Positions 16,123-25,211 of a stretch of 63,628 nt of DNA are shown here, in pieces (the first letter of the stretch is position 1; each line of letters starts with the position of its first letter). Where the stretch lies: NCBI GenBank assembly GCA_964431415.1, contig CAYSJS010000004.1:26033-89660 (forward strand). Reading direction: 5' to 3'. This DNA is from an uncultured Candidatus Saccharibacteria bacterium. GTDB lineage: Bacteria; Patescibacteriota; Saccharimonadia; Saccharimonadales; JACDBH01. The notes beneath the pieces are model-generated. The model was not told the origin of the DNA, made no database searches, and saw only the letters and a list, made by a program, of their open reading frames with translations. The position numbers and the translations under genes are program-made.

Positions 16123-16581
16123 ATGCAAAGACGTTTAGCGGTACGCGCTGTCATTATAAAAGACAAAAAACTTCTGCTCGTTAAGTTAAAACCCTACAAC
16201 AAAACAAAACATACTGGCAACGACTTCTGGTGCACGATCGGCGGCGGTTTAGACGACTATGAGTCGGTCATCCCCGCCCTGAAGCGCGAAGTCTTAGAAG
16301 AAACGGGCATCGAAGCTGAGGTCGGCAGGCTGCTTTTTGTCCAGCAGTTCGTATTTCAGAACAGAGAAAATCTGGAGTTTTTCTTTCATATCACAAACGC
16401 AGACGATTTTGAAACTATTGACCTATCTAAAACAAGTCACGGCGATACCGAAATAGCCGAACTAGCATTCGTCGATCCAAAGACCGAGTATGTTCTGCCG
16501 AAATTTTTGTCAGAAGTTGATATTGAGGCGCACATTACAGAAAATCGTCCGGTGCAGTTTTTTGACTATCTGAACGAATAA
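16123..16581 (+). CDS. NUDIX hydrolase
   Basis: NUDIX box GGGLDDYESVIPALKREVLEETGI. The internal ATG 16123 is preferred over the track start 16015, which would overlap the MBL gene. Confidence 0.85.
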   Translation: MQRRLAVRAVIIKDKKLLLVKLKPYNKTKHTGNDFWCTIGGGLDDYESVIPALKREVLEETGIEAEVGRLLFVQQFVFQNRENLEFFFHITNADDFETIDLSKTSHGDTEIAELAFVDPKTEYVLPKFLSEVDIEAHITENRPVQFFDYLNE

Positions 16582-16583
16582 AT

Positions 16584-16682
16584 CTATTCTTTGCCACGCT
16601 TTAGTTCAGACCCAATCATGCGCGCCACACCCACCGCCGCAACAACGACACACAGACTGGCTGCGAGCGCTCCGGCTCCCAT
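16584..16682 (-). CDS. Possible 32-aa single-TM micro-protein
   Basis: Manual translation gives MGAGALAASLCVVVAAVGVARMIGSELKRGKE*. No clear RBS. Confidence 0.15.
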   Translation of the reverse strand: MGAGALAASLCVVVAAVGVARMIGSELKRGKE

Positions 16683-16731
16683 CACAATAAGTTCGGCCGC
16701 GTAATCGGTCGGATCGGCAAGAATCGGGGTT

Positions 16732-18102
16732 TCAGCAAACGCTGACAAGGAACTCATCAATCTTTACCCTTGTTTGTTCGGTCGTATCGCGGTCACGAAT
16801 AGTTACCGTATCGTCCTCGAGCGTGTCGAAATCTATCGTCACACATGTAGGTGTACCGATTTCGTCCTGGCGCCTATACCGTTTACCTATGTTGCCGTTG
16901 TCATCAAATTCGCACATATGGCTTTGGCTTAGTTTCTCGTATACGTCGCGGGCCTTTTGAACGAGTTCGGGCTTGTTCCGAAGCAGCGGAAAAACAGCAT
17001 ATTTAACCGGCGCCAGCTCTGGCTTCAGTTTTAGTACCGTCCGCGTTTCGCCGTTTGGCAGCGTTTCGACCGTGTACGCCTCAGAAAATACCGCCAAGAA
17101 ACAGCGGCCCATACCCATTGATGTCTCAAGGATCCACGGTATGTATTTTTCATTCGTGTGCGGATCGGTATAGCGTAAGTCTGTACCAGAAAACTTCATA
17201 TGCTGGCTTAGATCATAATCGGTTCGGTCGTGGATACCCTCTATTTCGTCAAAGCCATACGACGGGAAGTTATATTCAATATCCCACGCGTCTTTTGCAT
17301 AAAACACGAGGTTTTCATGCTGCTTCCAGCGCAAATTTTCGGGCGCAATACCGAGTGAAAGATACCAATCCCAGCGGTCCTGCTTAATTTTTTCGTAGGC
17401 CTCTTTGTTTTCGTTAGGGCGAACAAAATACTGCGTGTCTGCCTGTTCCAGCTCGCGGGTTCTAAACAAAAAGTTACGCGGACTAATCTCATTACGAAAC
17501 GCCTTACCAATCTGCGCCACACCAAAAGGAACTTTTACGCGCGTAGTATCGACTATATTTTTAAAATTAAGATAAATACCTTGGCACGCCTCGCCCGGCA
17601 AATAGACCGGCTCTTTATTCTCGCCGGTAAAATCACCTAAGTTTGAGGTAACCAGCATATTAAAGGCCCGTACCGGCGTAAAGTCTTTTGAGCCACAGTT
17701 GGGGCATTTTATTTTGTCACGGTTTTCGTCAAATAAGCGATTTAGATCCTCTTCGCTCATTTTTTCGTCGGCTGTCACGCCAATTTTTTCTAATTCCTTA
17801 TCAACTCGTATCCGGGTATTACATTTTTTACACTCCGACAAAGGATCAGAAAAGCCGCCCACGTGCCCGCTCGCCACCCATACCCGTGGGTCTTTAAACA
17901 TTGCCGAATCAAGCCCAACGTAGTTTTCCTTTAGGCGCACATTTTGCCGCCACCACGACGCCTTCAGATTGTTGAGCAGTTCTACGCCGTACGGCCCGAA
18001 GTCATACAGACCCGCCATACCGCCGTAGATTTCACTGCCCTGGTACACAAAACCACGTCGTTTACATAAAGCAATGATGTCGTCCATAGAAATTTCACTC
18101 AT
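16732..18102 (-). CDS. glyQS: Glycine--tRNA ligase (alpha2 type)
   Basis: ALCKRRGFVYQGSEIYGGMAGLYDFGPYGVELLNN...FRNEISPR...GIGAP-type class II motifs. Confidence 0.95.
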   Translation of the reverse strand: MSEISMDDIIALCKRRGFVYQGSEIYGGMAGLYDFGPYGVELLNNLKASWWRQNVRLKENYVGLDSAMFKDPRVWVASGHVGGFSDPLSECKKCNTRIRVDKELEKIGVTADEKMSEEDLNRLFDENRDKIKCPNCGSKDFTPVRAFNMLVTSNLGDFTGENKEPVYLPGEACQGIYLNFKNIVDTTRVKVPFGVAQIGKAFRNEISPRNFLFRTRELEQADTQYFVRPNENKEAYEKIKQDRWDWYLSLGIAPENLRWKQHENLVFYAKDAWDIEYNFPSYGFDEIEGIHDRTDYDLSQHMKFSGTDLRYTDPHTNEKYIPWILETSMGMGRCFLAVFSEAYTVETLPNGETRTVLKLKPELAPVKYAVFPLLRNKPELVQKARDVYEKLSQSHMCEFDDNGNIGKRYRRQDEIGTPTCVTIDFDTLEDDTVTIRDRDTTEQTRVKIDEFLVSVC

Positions 18103-18134
18103 AATTATTTGCTATTATACCGAAGAACTCGTGG

Positions 18135-18902
18135 TTATAACAGCGTAATCAGGTCTGGCTTTGGCAATCCCCATGGTTTTTCGTAAATCGTTCGTCTTGC
18201 GTTCACCGATGTGATTTGATCACTGCGTTCCGACCGTACCGAAACATACGGCGCAATAACCGACGCCAAAAAGCCTGCGGTTCCCTGGAAAAGCCGTTCC
18301 GACATCACTATCGGATGCTGCTCGCCTGCTTCCTTAAGATGACTCAGACGCACGCCGTCCCCTTCCATCACCCATATCGTCGCGCAGCCATACAGTCTTT
18401 TTGCCTCGCCGTTGTTTACGACCGCATCAATCGTATTCTCGACCCTATGCCGATCCTCTTCTCCCCACGAGCTCCTGCTGAAATTAAATACTGTTATACC
18501 ATCACCATCAGTTAGCACATCTACGACATCGGTAGGAGGTTCAAGAATTCTCTCCCCATCATATTCTGCTCTAGTCAACGGATCGACTAAGCCTCTCTGC
18601 CAAGCACGGTCAATATACGCTTTTACAATCCTCTGCTTTGCGGTTGTTTCACGTAAGACAGCTTCTTCTGCAGAGCAGTCTGCCATTACTAGTACGGGTG
18701 TATCTTGTACATCGTCAACAATTTGTACAGGGTCGGTGTAAACGATACGCCGCTCATTAGACATATTGAGCTCAAATTTCCACGGCGTAGATGCACGGGC
18801 AGGATGTCCCACTCCCTCTCTTTGCTGCACTCCCTGCAGCGCCGGCGTTTCGGCGATCATAACGTGAGTAAGGCCAATATACTCATGCGGAAAGGAATAC
18901 AT
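18135..18902 (-). CDS. Hypothetical protein (no recognisable domain)
   Basis: 255-aa ORF. TATGCA -10-like box lies 6 nt upstream of the ATG. Confidence 0.45.
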   Translation of the reverse strand: MYSFPHEYIGLTHVMIAETPALQGVQQREGVGHPARASTPWKFELNMSNERRIVYTDPVQIVDDVQDTPVLVMADCSAEEAVLRETTAKQRIVKAYIDRAWQRGLVDPLTRAEYDGERILEPPTDVVDVLTDGDGITVFNFSRSSWGEEDRHRVENTIDAVVNNGEAKRLYGCATIWVMEGDGVRLSHLKEAGEQHPIVMSERLFQGTAGFLASVIAPYVSVRSERSDQITSVNARRTIYEKPWGLPKPDLITLL

Positions 18903-18920
18903 TATGTTTGCATACTACCA

Positions 18921-18939
18921 GCATTATTTCAAATAATGC
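18921..18939. promoter_or_regulatory. Perfect 9+1+9 palindrome GCATTATTTCAAATAATGC (candidate operator)
   Basis: Lies across the -35 region relative to the TATGCA box (18915-18910) of the 18902 gene. Confidence 0.3.
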
Positions 18940-19019
18940 AAATTGAGCATTTTTAGCGTGTAGCTAATAAAATGCCAGCGGCAATTTTTTTAAATTATAA
19001 AAACTACGAAGCAAGTACT

Positions 19020-19487
19020 TTATATATTCCGCGTCTTGTCTCGTCGGTGCATGTCATGGACAACGCCGCCCGCAAAGCCATGCACGGGAATTTGTGGCAC
19101 AGGAAAACGCAAGCGCTTGTGCTGTTCTCCCGCCGCCTGAGTATTCAGAGCAGTAGTATCATCTGTAGTATCATCTAGTGTATCTTCCGGGCGCTGAATA
19201 TATCGCTCGCTTTTTGCGCGCACCCTTAGCTCGCCGAGCGATGGACCGCGGCCATACGGTCCAATATCTCCCCGGTGACGGCGACTGCCAACAACAACTT
19301 CGGATACTCTCTGACTAGCAGCCAATATAGCAGCACTTTGTTCAGATGTAAGAACCGCCTCTGGTGCGGCCATGTCGTCCTCACTCGCACCCATGTCTTG
19401 TATAACCAAGCCAGCCAACTCCTGCCGCATGCGTGCTTCATGTGCTAAATCACTGCCTAAACCGTAATCGCCTACTTCGTGTGTCAT
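19020..19487 (-). CDS. Hypothetical acidic, probably disordered protein
   Basis: 155-aa ORF. Contains a 2 x 12-nt tandem duplication (19153-19176) encoding DDTTDDTT. Confidence 0.4.
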   Translation of the reverse strand: MTHEVGDYGLGSDLAHEARMRQELAGLVIQDMGASEDDMAAPEAVLTSEQSAAILAASQRVSEVVVGSRRHRGDIGPYGRGPSLGELRVRAKSERYIQRPEDTLDDTTDDTTALNTQAAGEQHKRLRFPVPQIPVHGFAGGVVHDMHRRDKTRNI

Positions 19488-19568
19488 TTTTAACTGCCTG
19501 TTTATTATTTTAACGTATTACAACAAAGCTATTATAGCAAGCATTAGCACTATTGTCAATGTTATCCC

Positions 19569-20261
19569 CTAAAGCACGACCATATACTGTCGAGACATTT
19601 GCGTCACCAGGCCGTTAATATCTTCTAGATACGTATTTAGTCCGGTTACGTGCAGTAAGGCATGCGCGGGATTATGACTGAGGAGCCGTAGGAGTTTGAT
19701 ATGGTTTTTATTAAACACCCCGGCGGGCGAAACAAAAAAAGCCATGTCATCAAAGCTGAACTGGTATTGGTCTTCTGGTGGAAGCGCCGCACCATGAGCA
19801 TCGACACTAAAGTTCGGCAGATGGCCGAGCAAGCGCATTAAATGAAGCAAAAACGAAGTACCGGCCAGAGTTTTTGGAGCCGAGGTATTATTGAGTACTT
19901 GAAGCGATTCGTATAACAGCCGGTAGTACTCCTCGCCGCCCTCGTCTTCCAGCACGCGCGTAATGATTTTTAACATTTCATAGCCGGCCATAGTCCGATC
20001 GAGATCTTTTGCAATGTCGCCAAAGTGAGTGATAAGCCGTGTCGAAACGAGTGTATGCAGGTCACCCCTACCGACTACATAGGTAATGTCGCTTTCGCTA
20101 AAGAGCTCGATACCACCTGCAAGTTTACTTTTTTGCCGACGCACCCCTTTTGCTATGACTCGGGCCTTGCCGTGATCCGGGGTCAAAAATGTAATAATGC
20201 GGTCAGCTTCACCGTATTCTGTGCGGGTCAATACAATGCCTTTGGTGTGCAGCTGCTTCAT
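19569..20261 (-). CDS. recO: DNA repair protein RecO
   Basis: The N-terminal OB-fold pattern GIVLTRTEYGEADRIITFLTPDHGKARVIAKGVRRQKSKL is typical of RecO. Confidence 0.85.
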   Translation of the reverse strand: MKQLHTKGIVLTRTEYGEADRIITFLTPDHGKARVIAKGVRRQKSKLAGGIELFSESDITYVVGRGDLHTLVSTRLITHFGDIAKDLDRTMAGYEMLKIITRVLEDEGGEEYYRLLYESLQVLNNTSAPKTLAGTSFLLHLMRLLGHLPNFSVDAHGAALPPEDQYQFSFDDMAFFVSPAGVFNKNHIKLLRLLSHNPAHALLHVTGLNTYLEDINGLVTQMSRQYMVVL

Positions 20262-20641
20262 ACGCGGGATTCGGCCACCGCCTTATTTACAGATAGCTCA
20301 AGCTTTCGCAGTGATGTTTCTGGTTTATATAGGTAGGTGCTCACCCCAAGGCGGGAGAGAGTTTCTGAGGCAATCTTAGCGGCCTCGCGCCGCACATTGC
20401 TTAAAAGTAACGCCGGCACTTCAAGCCAGTCGGCATATGATCGGAACTCGTACAAAAACTCCACCCCGCTGTGACCAGCCAATAGTAGTTCAACAATAAC
20501 CACGTCGGGTTTTTGTTCGTCTGCCGCAATTACGCCGCCCTGCGCATCTTCGCGCCAGGCAATACTGTGCCCGCGTGATTCAAAAAAACGACAGTATTGT
20601 TCCGCAAGCAAACGGCTGGGTTCAATCAAAAGGATATGCAT
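20258..20641 (-). CDS. Stand-alone receiver-like domain with atypical active site
   Basis: CheY-like fold with conserved S (LLLS) and K-P (YLYKP). The acidic pocket reads IEPS and the phospho-acceptor position reads VVIVELLL (Glu instead of Asp). Confidence 0.65.
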   Translation of the reverse strand: MHILLIEPSRLLAEQYCRFFESRGHSIAWREDAQGGVIAADEQKPDVVIVELLLAGHSGVEFLYEFRSYADWLEVPALLLSNVRREAAKIASETLSRLGVSTYLYKPETSLRKLELSVNKAVAESRV

Positions 20642-20646
20642 TATTA

Positions 20647-21369
20647 CTAGACCAAACTGAGTTGTCGGCTCGGTATTAATGTCGCTGCAAGTCCCTGCAT
20701 CGCCTTAAATCGTGCCACCCTCATCGGACTATCAAGCCATGCAAAAAGCGCATCAGCCACAAACACCCCAGCACCGCTGCCCGCACTAAAATTACCAAGC
20801 GGTTGCCGCGCCACCCCCTTTAAAACCTTTGCTTGTTTAAACAGGGTACCGCTCAGCCGATCAGTATCACTAAAAACGCCCGTAGACATGCCCTGACGCG
20901 TGCGACGAACCATCAGTATGACTTTTGTCCGCGATCCCTGGTTGCTGGCCGCTTCTATAAAACTGTAGCCTAGGCTTTCCATCGCTGTTTCTATCACCTC
21001 TTGACGGGCCATGACCGGGCCATATTTGCCTTCTACGCGCAGTTCTACGGTGCAGTCATGTGCTTTGGCGTATTTGTCGAGTCGATGGGCGGTATCATAC
21101 AAAACAGAACCAAGCGATACCGGTTCAAGCGCAAGCGTTGGCTCATGTTGCAGCTGCACACTCAGTAAGTAGCCGTCTATAAGTTTTAGGGCGGCTTCGC
21201 TGGTTATAGAAATGGTTTTAAATAGCCTTTCAAGCTCATCTTGGCCAGGATTCATCCGAGACAGTTCGGCAGCATGTGCAATCGCCACAAACGGCAGCTT
21301 CACCTGCTCTGCGAGCGTCGTAAACAGCAAACTAGATGCTTGAGTCGTGCGGTCTGTATAGTCCGCCAT
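20647..21369 (-). CDS. Soluble histidine-kinase-like protein with degenerate H box
   Basis: By manual alignment, the DHp-like segment FTTLAEQVKLPFVAIAHAAEL aligns to F..vSHELRTPL..I.....EL with Glu at the His position. The C-terminal GSGAGVFVA resembles a G2 box. No TM or sensor domain. Confidence 0.5.
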   Translation of the reverse strand: MADYTDRTTQASSLLFTTLAEQVKLPFVAIAHAAELSRMNPGQDELERLFKTISITSEAALKLIDGYLLSVQLQHEPTLALEPVSLGSVLYDTAHRLDKYAKAHDCTVELRVEGKYGPVMARQEVIETAMESLGYSFIEAASNQGSRTKVILMVRRTRQGMSTGVFSDTDRLSGTLFKQAKVLKGVARQPLGNFSAGSGAGVFVADALFAWLDSPMRVARFKAMQGLAATLIPSRQLSLV

Positions 21370-21402
21370 TACCGTTTTACCCTCACTTTAAACGTATAGC
21401 TT

Positions 21403-21411
21403 ATTATACCA
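21403..21411 (-). promoter_or_regulatory. Extended -10 promoter element TGGTATAAT
   Basis: The minus strand reads TGGTATAAT about 34 nt upstream of the HK-like ATG, followed by a GAGGGT SD. Confidence 0.4.
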
Positions 21412-21479
21412 CGGCAAGCCGCTGCCGTCATGAAAGCCAGGCGCTTGCTAGGCTTATTGCCGTTAAAGAGTGTCCTTTT

Positions 21480-22133
21480 TTAGGGAACAAAGGTCAGACT
21501 CGGAAGAATAATCGTATTAAAGTCGTTCAGCGAATCCGCACCTTCGGTCCACACCTTTAGTGTTTTATCACGTAGCGGGAACAAAACCATGGTGCCGTTC
21601 TTCTTCGGGTCAAGAGCACCAGATAGTTTTGAGCCAAGCACCGAAGGCACTTTATCGGCTCTAAAAGCAGCCACCGTTATTTTGCCGGTTTTAACACTTG
21701 TTTCAAATGCCTTTAGCACCGCTTCGTAAGAGGTATTCACGACCTGTACGCGTAAGGCGAACTGTTTATCGGAAGTAATGTCGGGCACAAAGTCCGGACT
21801 AAAATAACCATCTATGAGAGCTGCCCCTTTGCCGCTTTCAGATACATAGGCGCTCCATTTTTTAGAATACTGGAACGAAACGGTTCCGAAAGTGCTCGGA
21901 CCGGTATAGGTTTTGTATGGTGACTTTTCGGTTTCGGCAAACTCTGCATCTTTCTTCTTGGCCTCAACATTTGCTGCCTCTGCCGCTGCTGCTGCAGACT
22001 TTTTGTCGCTGTTATTTTTGTAATCCTGCCGGCTCATGAAAGCCCACGCCCCAAAGCCGAGGCTTGCAAACAGCAGCACAACCGCAATCAATAACGGCGC
22101 GAGCAGCGATCCGGTTTCATTAAGCTTACGCAT
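21480..22133 (-). CDS. Membrane-anchored extracytoplasmic protein, unknown function
   Basis: N-terminal TM LLAPLLIAVVLLFASLGFGAWAF followed by a 170-aa soluble domain. Confidence 0.5.
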   Translation of the reverse strand: MRKLNETGSLLAPLLIAVVLLFASLGFGAWAFMSRQDYKNNSDKKSAAAAAEAANVEAKKKDAEFAETEKSPYKTYTGPSTFGTVSFQYSKKWSAYVSESGKGAALIDGYFSPDFVPDITSDKQFALRVQVVNTSYEAVLKAFETSVKTGKITVAAFRADKVPSVLGSKLSGALDPKKNGTMVLFPLRDKTLKVWTEGADSLNDFNTIILPSLTFVP

Positions 22134-22182
22134 ATTAGTTATATCTTAAAGCATTGCACATGAAGCAGCAAGCAAAAACGCC

Positions 22183-22674
22183 CTAGCCCTTTGGGTATAG
22201 GTACAAAAACATGCCGCCTCTTTTCTGTGTGTACCTGCGCCCTGGCACCATAAATGCATAGCTTACAAACCGCACCGTTTTTTTAGCTTCTAAAGTAATT
22301 TTTCGGTCGAGTTTTGGCATAAAACGATCCAGTAAAAAAGCATATATACCGTCGCATTCCGGCAGCGGGACACTCCAATAACTCCTGCAGTATACCCGTA
22401 CCAGACGCCGATAACGCCAGCATCGTATGCGACTAATCAAAACAAGTATCGGATTTAATTCGTATCCAATACCTACTATTCCGCGCCGGGCAGCAGCTAA
22501 AAGTACGGCTCCATCACCGCTTCCCAGTTCTACCAATGTTTGACCGGGCTTCAGATCCAGTAGATCAAGTGCCGTATGTGCCTGCTTCGAAAAAGTCGGC
22601 ACATACGGCGCGCCAAACAAAATCACAAAAACAAATAAAAACAGTACTATAGCCAGACATATTAGTACGTACAT
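22183..22674 (-). CDS. Small class I SAM-dependent methyltransferase with N-terminal TM
   Basis: Motif I LVELGSGDGAVLLAAARRG. Confidence 0.6.
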   Translation of the reverse strand: MYVLICLAIVLFLFVFVILFGAPYVPTFSKQAHTALDLLDLKPGQTLVELGSGDGAVLLAAARRGIVGIGYELNPILVLISRIRCWRYRRLVRVYCRSYWSVPLPECDGIYAFLLDRFMPKLDRKITLEAKKTVRFVSYAFMVPGRRYTQKRGGMFLYLYPKG

Positions 22675-22713
22675 AACACCGCCGGTTCATGCAAAATGCG
22701 CGTCAAAAAACTT

Positions 22714-22911
22714 TTACGCATCAAAACGCTCTTTTAATTTTGTAATCTTATTTTCGGCATCTTTTAAGTATTCTTCTAAAGAGGCTACGACTTCCATACC
22801 CCGCTCATATGCCTGCATCGCCTCATCCACGTCGACAGCGTCACTTTGCAACACCCGTAGAATGTCATCTAACTCTTTTTTTAAGTCTTGATACGATTTA
22901 TTTTGTGGCAT
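22714..22911 (-). CDS. xseB: Exodeoxyribonuclease VII small subunit
   Basis: 65-aa helical protein (LDDILRVLQSDAVDVDEAMQAYERGMEV) directly downstream of xseA. Confidence 0.85.
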   Translation of the reverse strand: MPQNKSYQDLKKELDDILRVLQSDAVDVDEAMQAYERGMEVVASLEEYLKDAENKITKLKERFDA

Positions 22912-22914
22912 GAT

Positions 22915-24021
22915 TTACTCCCTTACTTTCGCATTAATTTCCCCGTCAGCCAGCCGAATTATCAGGTCACTCCCGGTTGCAACATCGTGCACACTACGCA
23001 CCGTTCTGCCCTTTTCTTTGACTATGGCATACCCACGCCGCAAAATGTGCACCGGATCAAGAATATTAAGCATGTCTCTCCCCTGTTTTACGGCCTTATG
23101 CTCTGCCAGGATTAACCGCTCCATAGTCTGCTCTATACTGTCTTTTTGTGTGCGCAGTGCCGCGTATGTATCGTCTAGTCGTTTTTCTAGCTGCCGGCCG
23201 GCCTGCACCCTAAACTGCGCGAGATTGTTAAGAAGCATCGCTTTTTCCGGCACCAGCAACTCAGCCGCATTACTCGGCGTGCTGGCACGCAGATCGGCCG
23301 CCAGCTCAGCGAGCGTCGTATCAATTTCGTGGCCTATTGCGACAAGTGTCGGTATGCGACTGCCTGCAACGGCGCGTACTACCGGCTCACTATTAAAGCT
23401 CTGAAGGTCGTCAGGACTGCCGCCGCCGCGCGTGATAACCAGTACATCAGGCGGATCACCTTGTGTGTTAAAAAATTCGATTGCGCGCACTATTTGGCCC
23501 GGTGCTGCGTCTCCCTGCACTTGGACATCGGCAACAAACACCTCTAAGCCGCCGAAACGCTGAGTAAGAATCTTTATAAAATCTGCATATGCCGCCGATT
23601 CGCTGGAAGTAATGAGCCCGATGCTCTGTGGGGGGTATGGGATATCTCTTTTTCTTTCGGGCGCAAAGAGCCCTTCTGCCAGAAGTTTTTTATGTAACAG
23701 ATCATACGCCTTCTTTATGGTTCCCTCGCCCGCTAATGCAACAGATTTTATCGTCAGACTAAATCCAAACTGCGGATGCAGACGGGGCATGCCTGTTAAG
23801 CGAACTTTCATGCCGGCTTCGATCGGACCGGGCAGGCTGTACACAGTCCCAAAACATTTAACACTCGCTTCTTCGTCCTTAATGTCAAAGTATACCCACT
23901 GATTTCTGCTTACCCGTATATTTGCGAGCTCGCCCTCTAGAACAACCTGCGGGTAGGCCATCTCGAGTGTCTGGTTTAAAAGCGCTACGAACTCACTCGG
24001 AGACAGGAGGAGCGGTTCCAT
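22915..24021 (-). CDS. xseA: Exodeoxyribonuclease VII large subunit
   Basis: OB-fold N-terminus LSPSEFVALLNQTLE...VVLEGELANI and TRGGGS, PTLVAIGHEID motifs. ATG 24021 has an AAGGA SD. Confidence 0.9.
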   Translation of the reverse strand: MEPLLLSPSEFVALLNQTLEMAYPQVVLEGELANIRVSRNQWVYFDIKDEEASVKCFGTVYSLPGPIEAGMKVRLTGMPRLHPQFGFSLTIKSVALAGEGTIKKAYDLLHKKLLAEGLFAPERKRDIPYPPQSIGLITSSESAAYADFIKILTQRFGGLEVFVADVQVQGDAAPGQIVRAIEFFNTQGDPPDVLVITRGGGSPDDLQSFNSEPVVRAVAGSRIPTLVAIGHEIDTTLAELAADLRASTPSNAAELLVPEKAMLLNNLAQFRVQAGRQLEKRLDDTYAALRTQKDSIEQTMERLILAEHKAVKQGRDMLNILDPVHILRRGYAIVKEKGRTVRSVHDVATGSDLIIRLADGEINAKVRE

Positions 24022-25096
24022 CTTTGTCCTTGTCTGGCGCATTTTCCTGGGCACGTGCCTCTGTGTGTGCACGGTGCGACTTTAATGCTCGGTTGTACAA
24101 ATAATATCCTACAGGCAGTGCATACGTCATGTTCAGAACGCGGTATACCACCGTTGCCGATAGGGCTAGAGCCTTATCAACACCAGCGCTGGCAAGCGTT
24201 GCAGTCATCAAACCTTCGTAAATACCTACTCCGCCCGGCAGTACCGCAACCAGTCCAGCAAAGTTAGCAACCGCATACGCAATAATCAACGCACCCGGAT
24301 TTATGAGCGAACCAAATGCCATATAGACCGCATAAATTGTCAAAACATCTGTAACATTCACAAGCAAGGCCCAGAGAAACGGTTTTTTAAGAGCGCGCCA
24401 GTCACTACTTAGCAGCACGTAGTCCCGGTGCAAATCTTCCATGGTTTTTTCAACCTTAGAAATATTAATGGTCTCCCGACGGTGGCGCCTGACAAGGCCT
24501 ATCACCTTATTAAGCGCTTTAGGCAACCAGCCGGTAAATGCCTGAATCCTCTTCTGGTCACTGATAATATATCCGCCAACCAAAACTCCGAAAAGAGTTA
24601 GAAAAGCAATGCTCGAACTGATAAGGATCGTCAGCGGACTGGTATGACGTCGAAGAGCCAGGATGAGCATACCCAAAAATAAGAGTGCCAAGAAAGACAT
24701 AAATGTCAAAGCAAATCGCAGTATCTGCGCCAAAGTGCTCTTCGCGGTGCTAATACCCTCTTGCTTAAGCCGCAAGCTCAAATAACTAAAACCGCTCACA
24801 CCGCCGCTTGGAAACACATGGTTTACGAAGTTGAGCTCAAGAGCCACCGAATACATAGTCGACAATTTTAGTTTTTCACCCTGCGCTTCAAAGTAATCTT
24901 TATATAACCGCGCAACCGAATAATAATTCAGCGCCTGAAGCGGAATCATCAGCAGAAGCGCTGCCGCATTCAGCTGCCCCAACTTCTTGAACGCATCAAC
25001 GATTGCTGTACGTGAAACAATTACCAGCACCAACAGTGCCACAATCGTGACAATATTGATCCAAAACTTCAGGTCTCTTTTCATCGTTATTTTCAT
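23993..25096 (-). CDS. UPF0104 / lysylphosphatidylglycerol-synthase-TM-like (flippase-like) membrane protein
   Basis: About 8 TM segments. The N-terminal pattern KFWINIVTIVALLVLVI...LQALNYYSVARLY is typical of the family. Confidence 0.7.
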   Translation of the reverse strand: MKITMKRDLKFWINIVTIVALLVLVIVSRTAIVDAFKKLGQLNAAALLLMIPLQALNYYSVARLYKDYFEAQGEKLKLSTMYSVALELNFVNHVFPSGGVSGFSYLSLRLKQEGISTAKSTLAQILRFALTFMSFLALLFLGMLILALRRHTSPLTILISSSIAFLTLFGVLVGGYIISDQKRIQAFTGWLPKALNKVIGLVRRHRRETINISKVEKTMEDLHRDYVLLSSDWRALKKPFLWALLVNVTDVLTIYAVYMAFGSLINPGALIIAYAVANFAGLVAVLPGGVGIYEGLMTATLASAGVDKALALSATVVYRVLNMTYALPVGYYLYNRALKSHRAHTEARAQENAPDKDKDGTAPPVSE

Positions 25097-25211
25097 GCAA
25101 TATACGTATTATACGACATTCCGGATACTTACCATCCTGAAAAACTGTGACAGAAATGCGAAGCCTCAGGCATAAGCGTAATACAGCGATATGCATGTAT
25201 ACTATACATAT

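Noticed and set aside
24022-24072. Upstream extension of xseA (MHTQRHVPRKMRQTRTK).
   Set aside because: It overlaps the preceding membrane-protein gene by 80 nt. ATG 24021 has an AAGGA SD and matches the usual XseA N-terminus.
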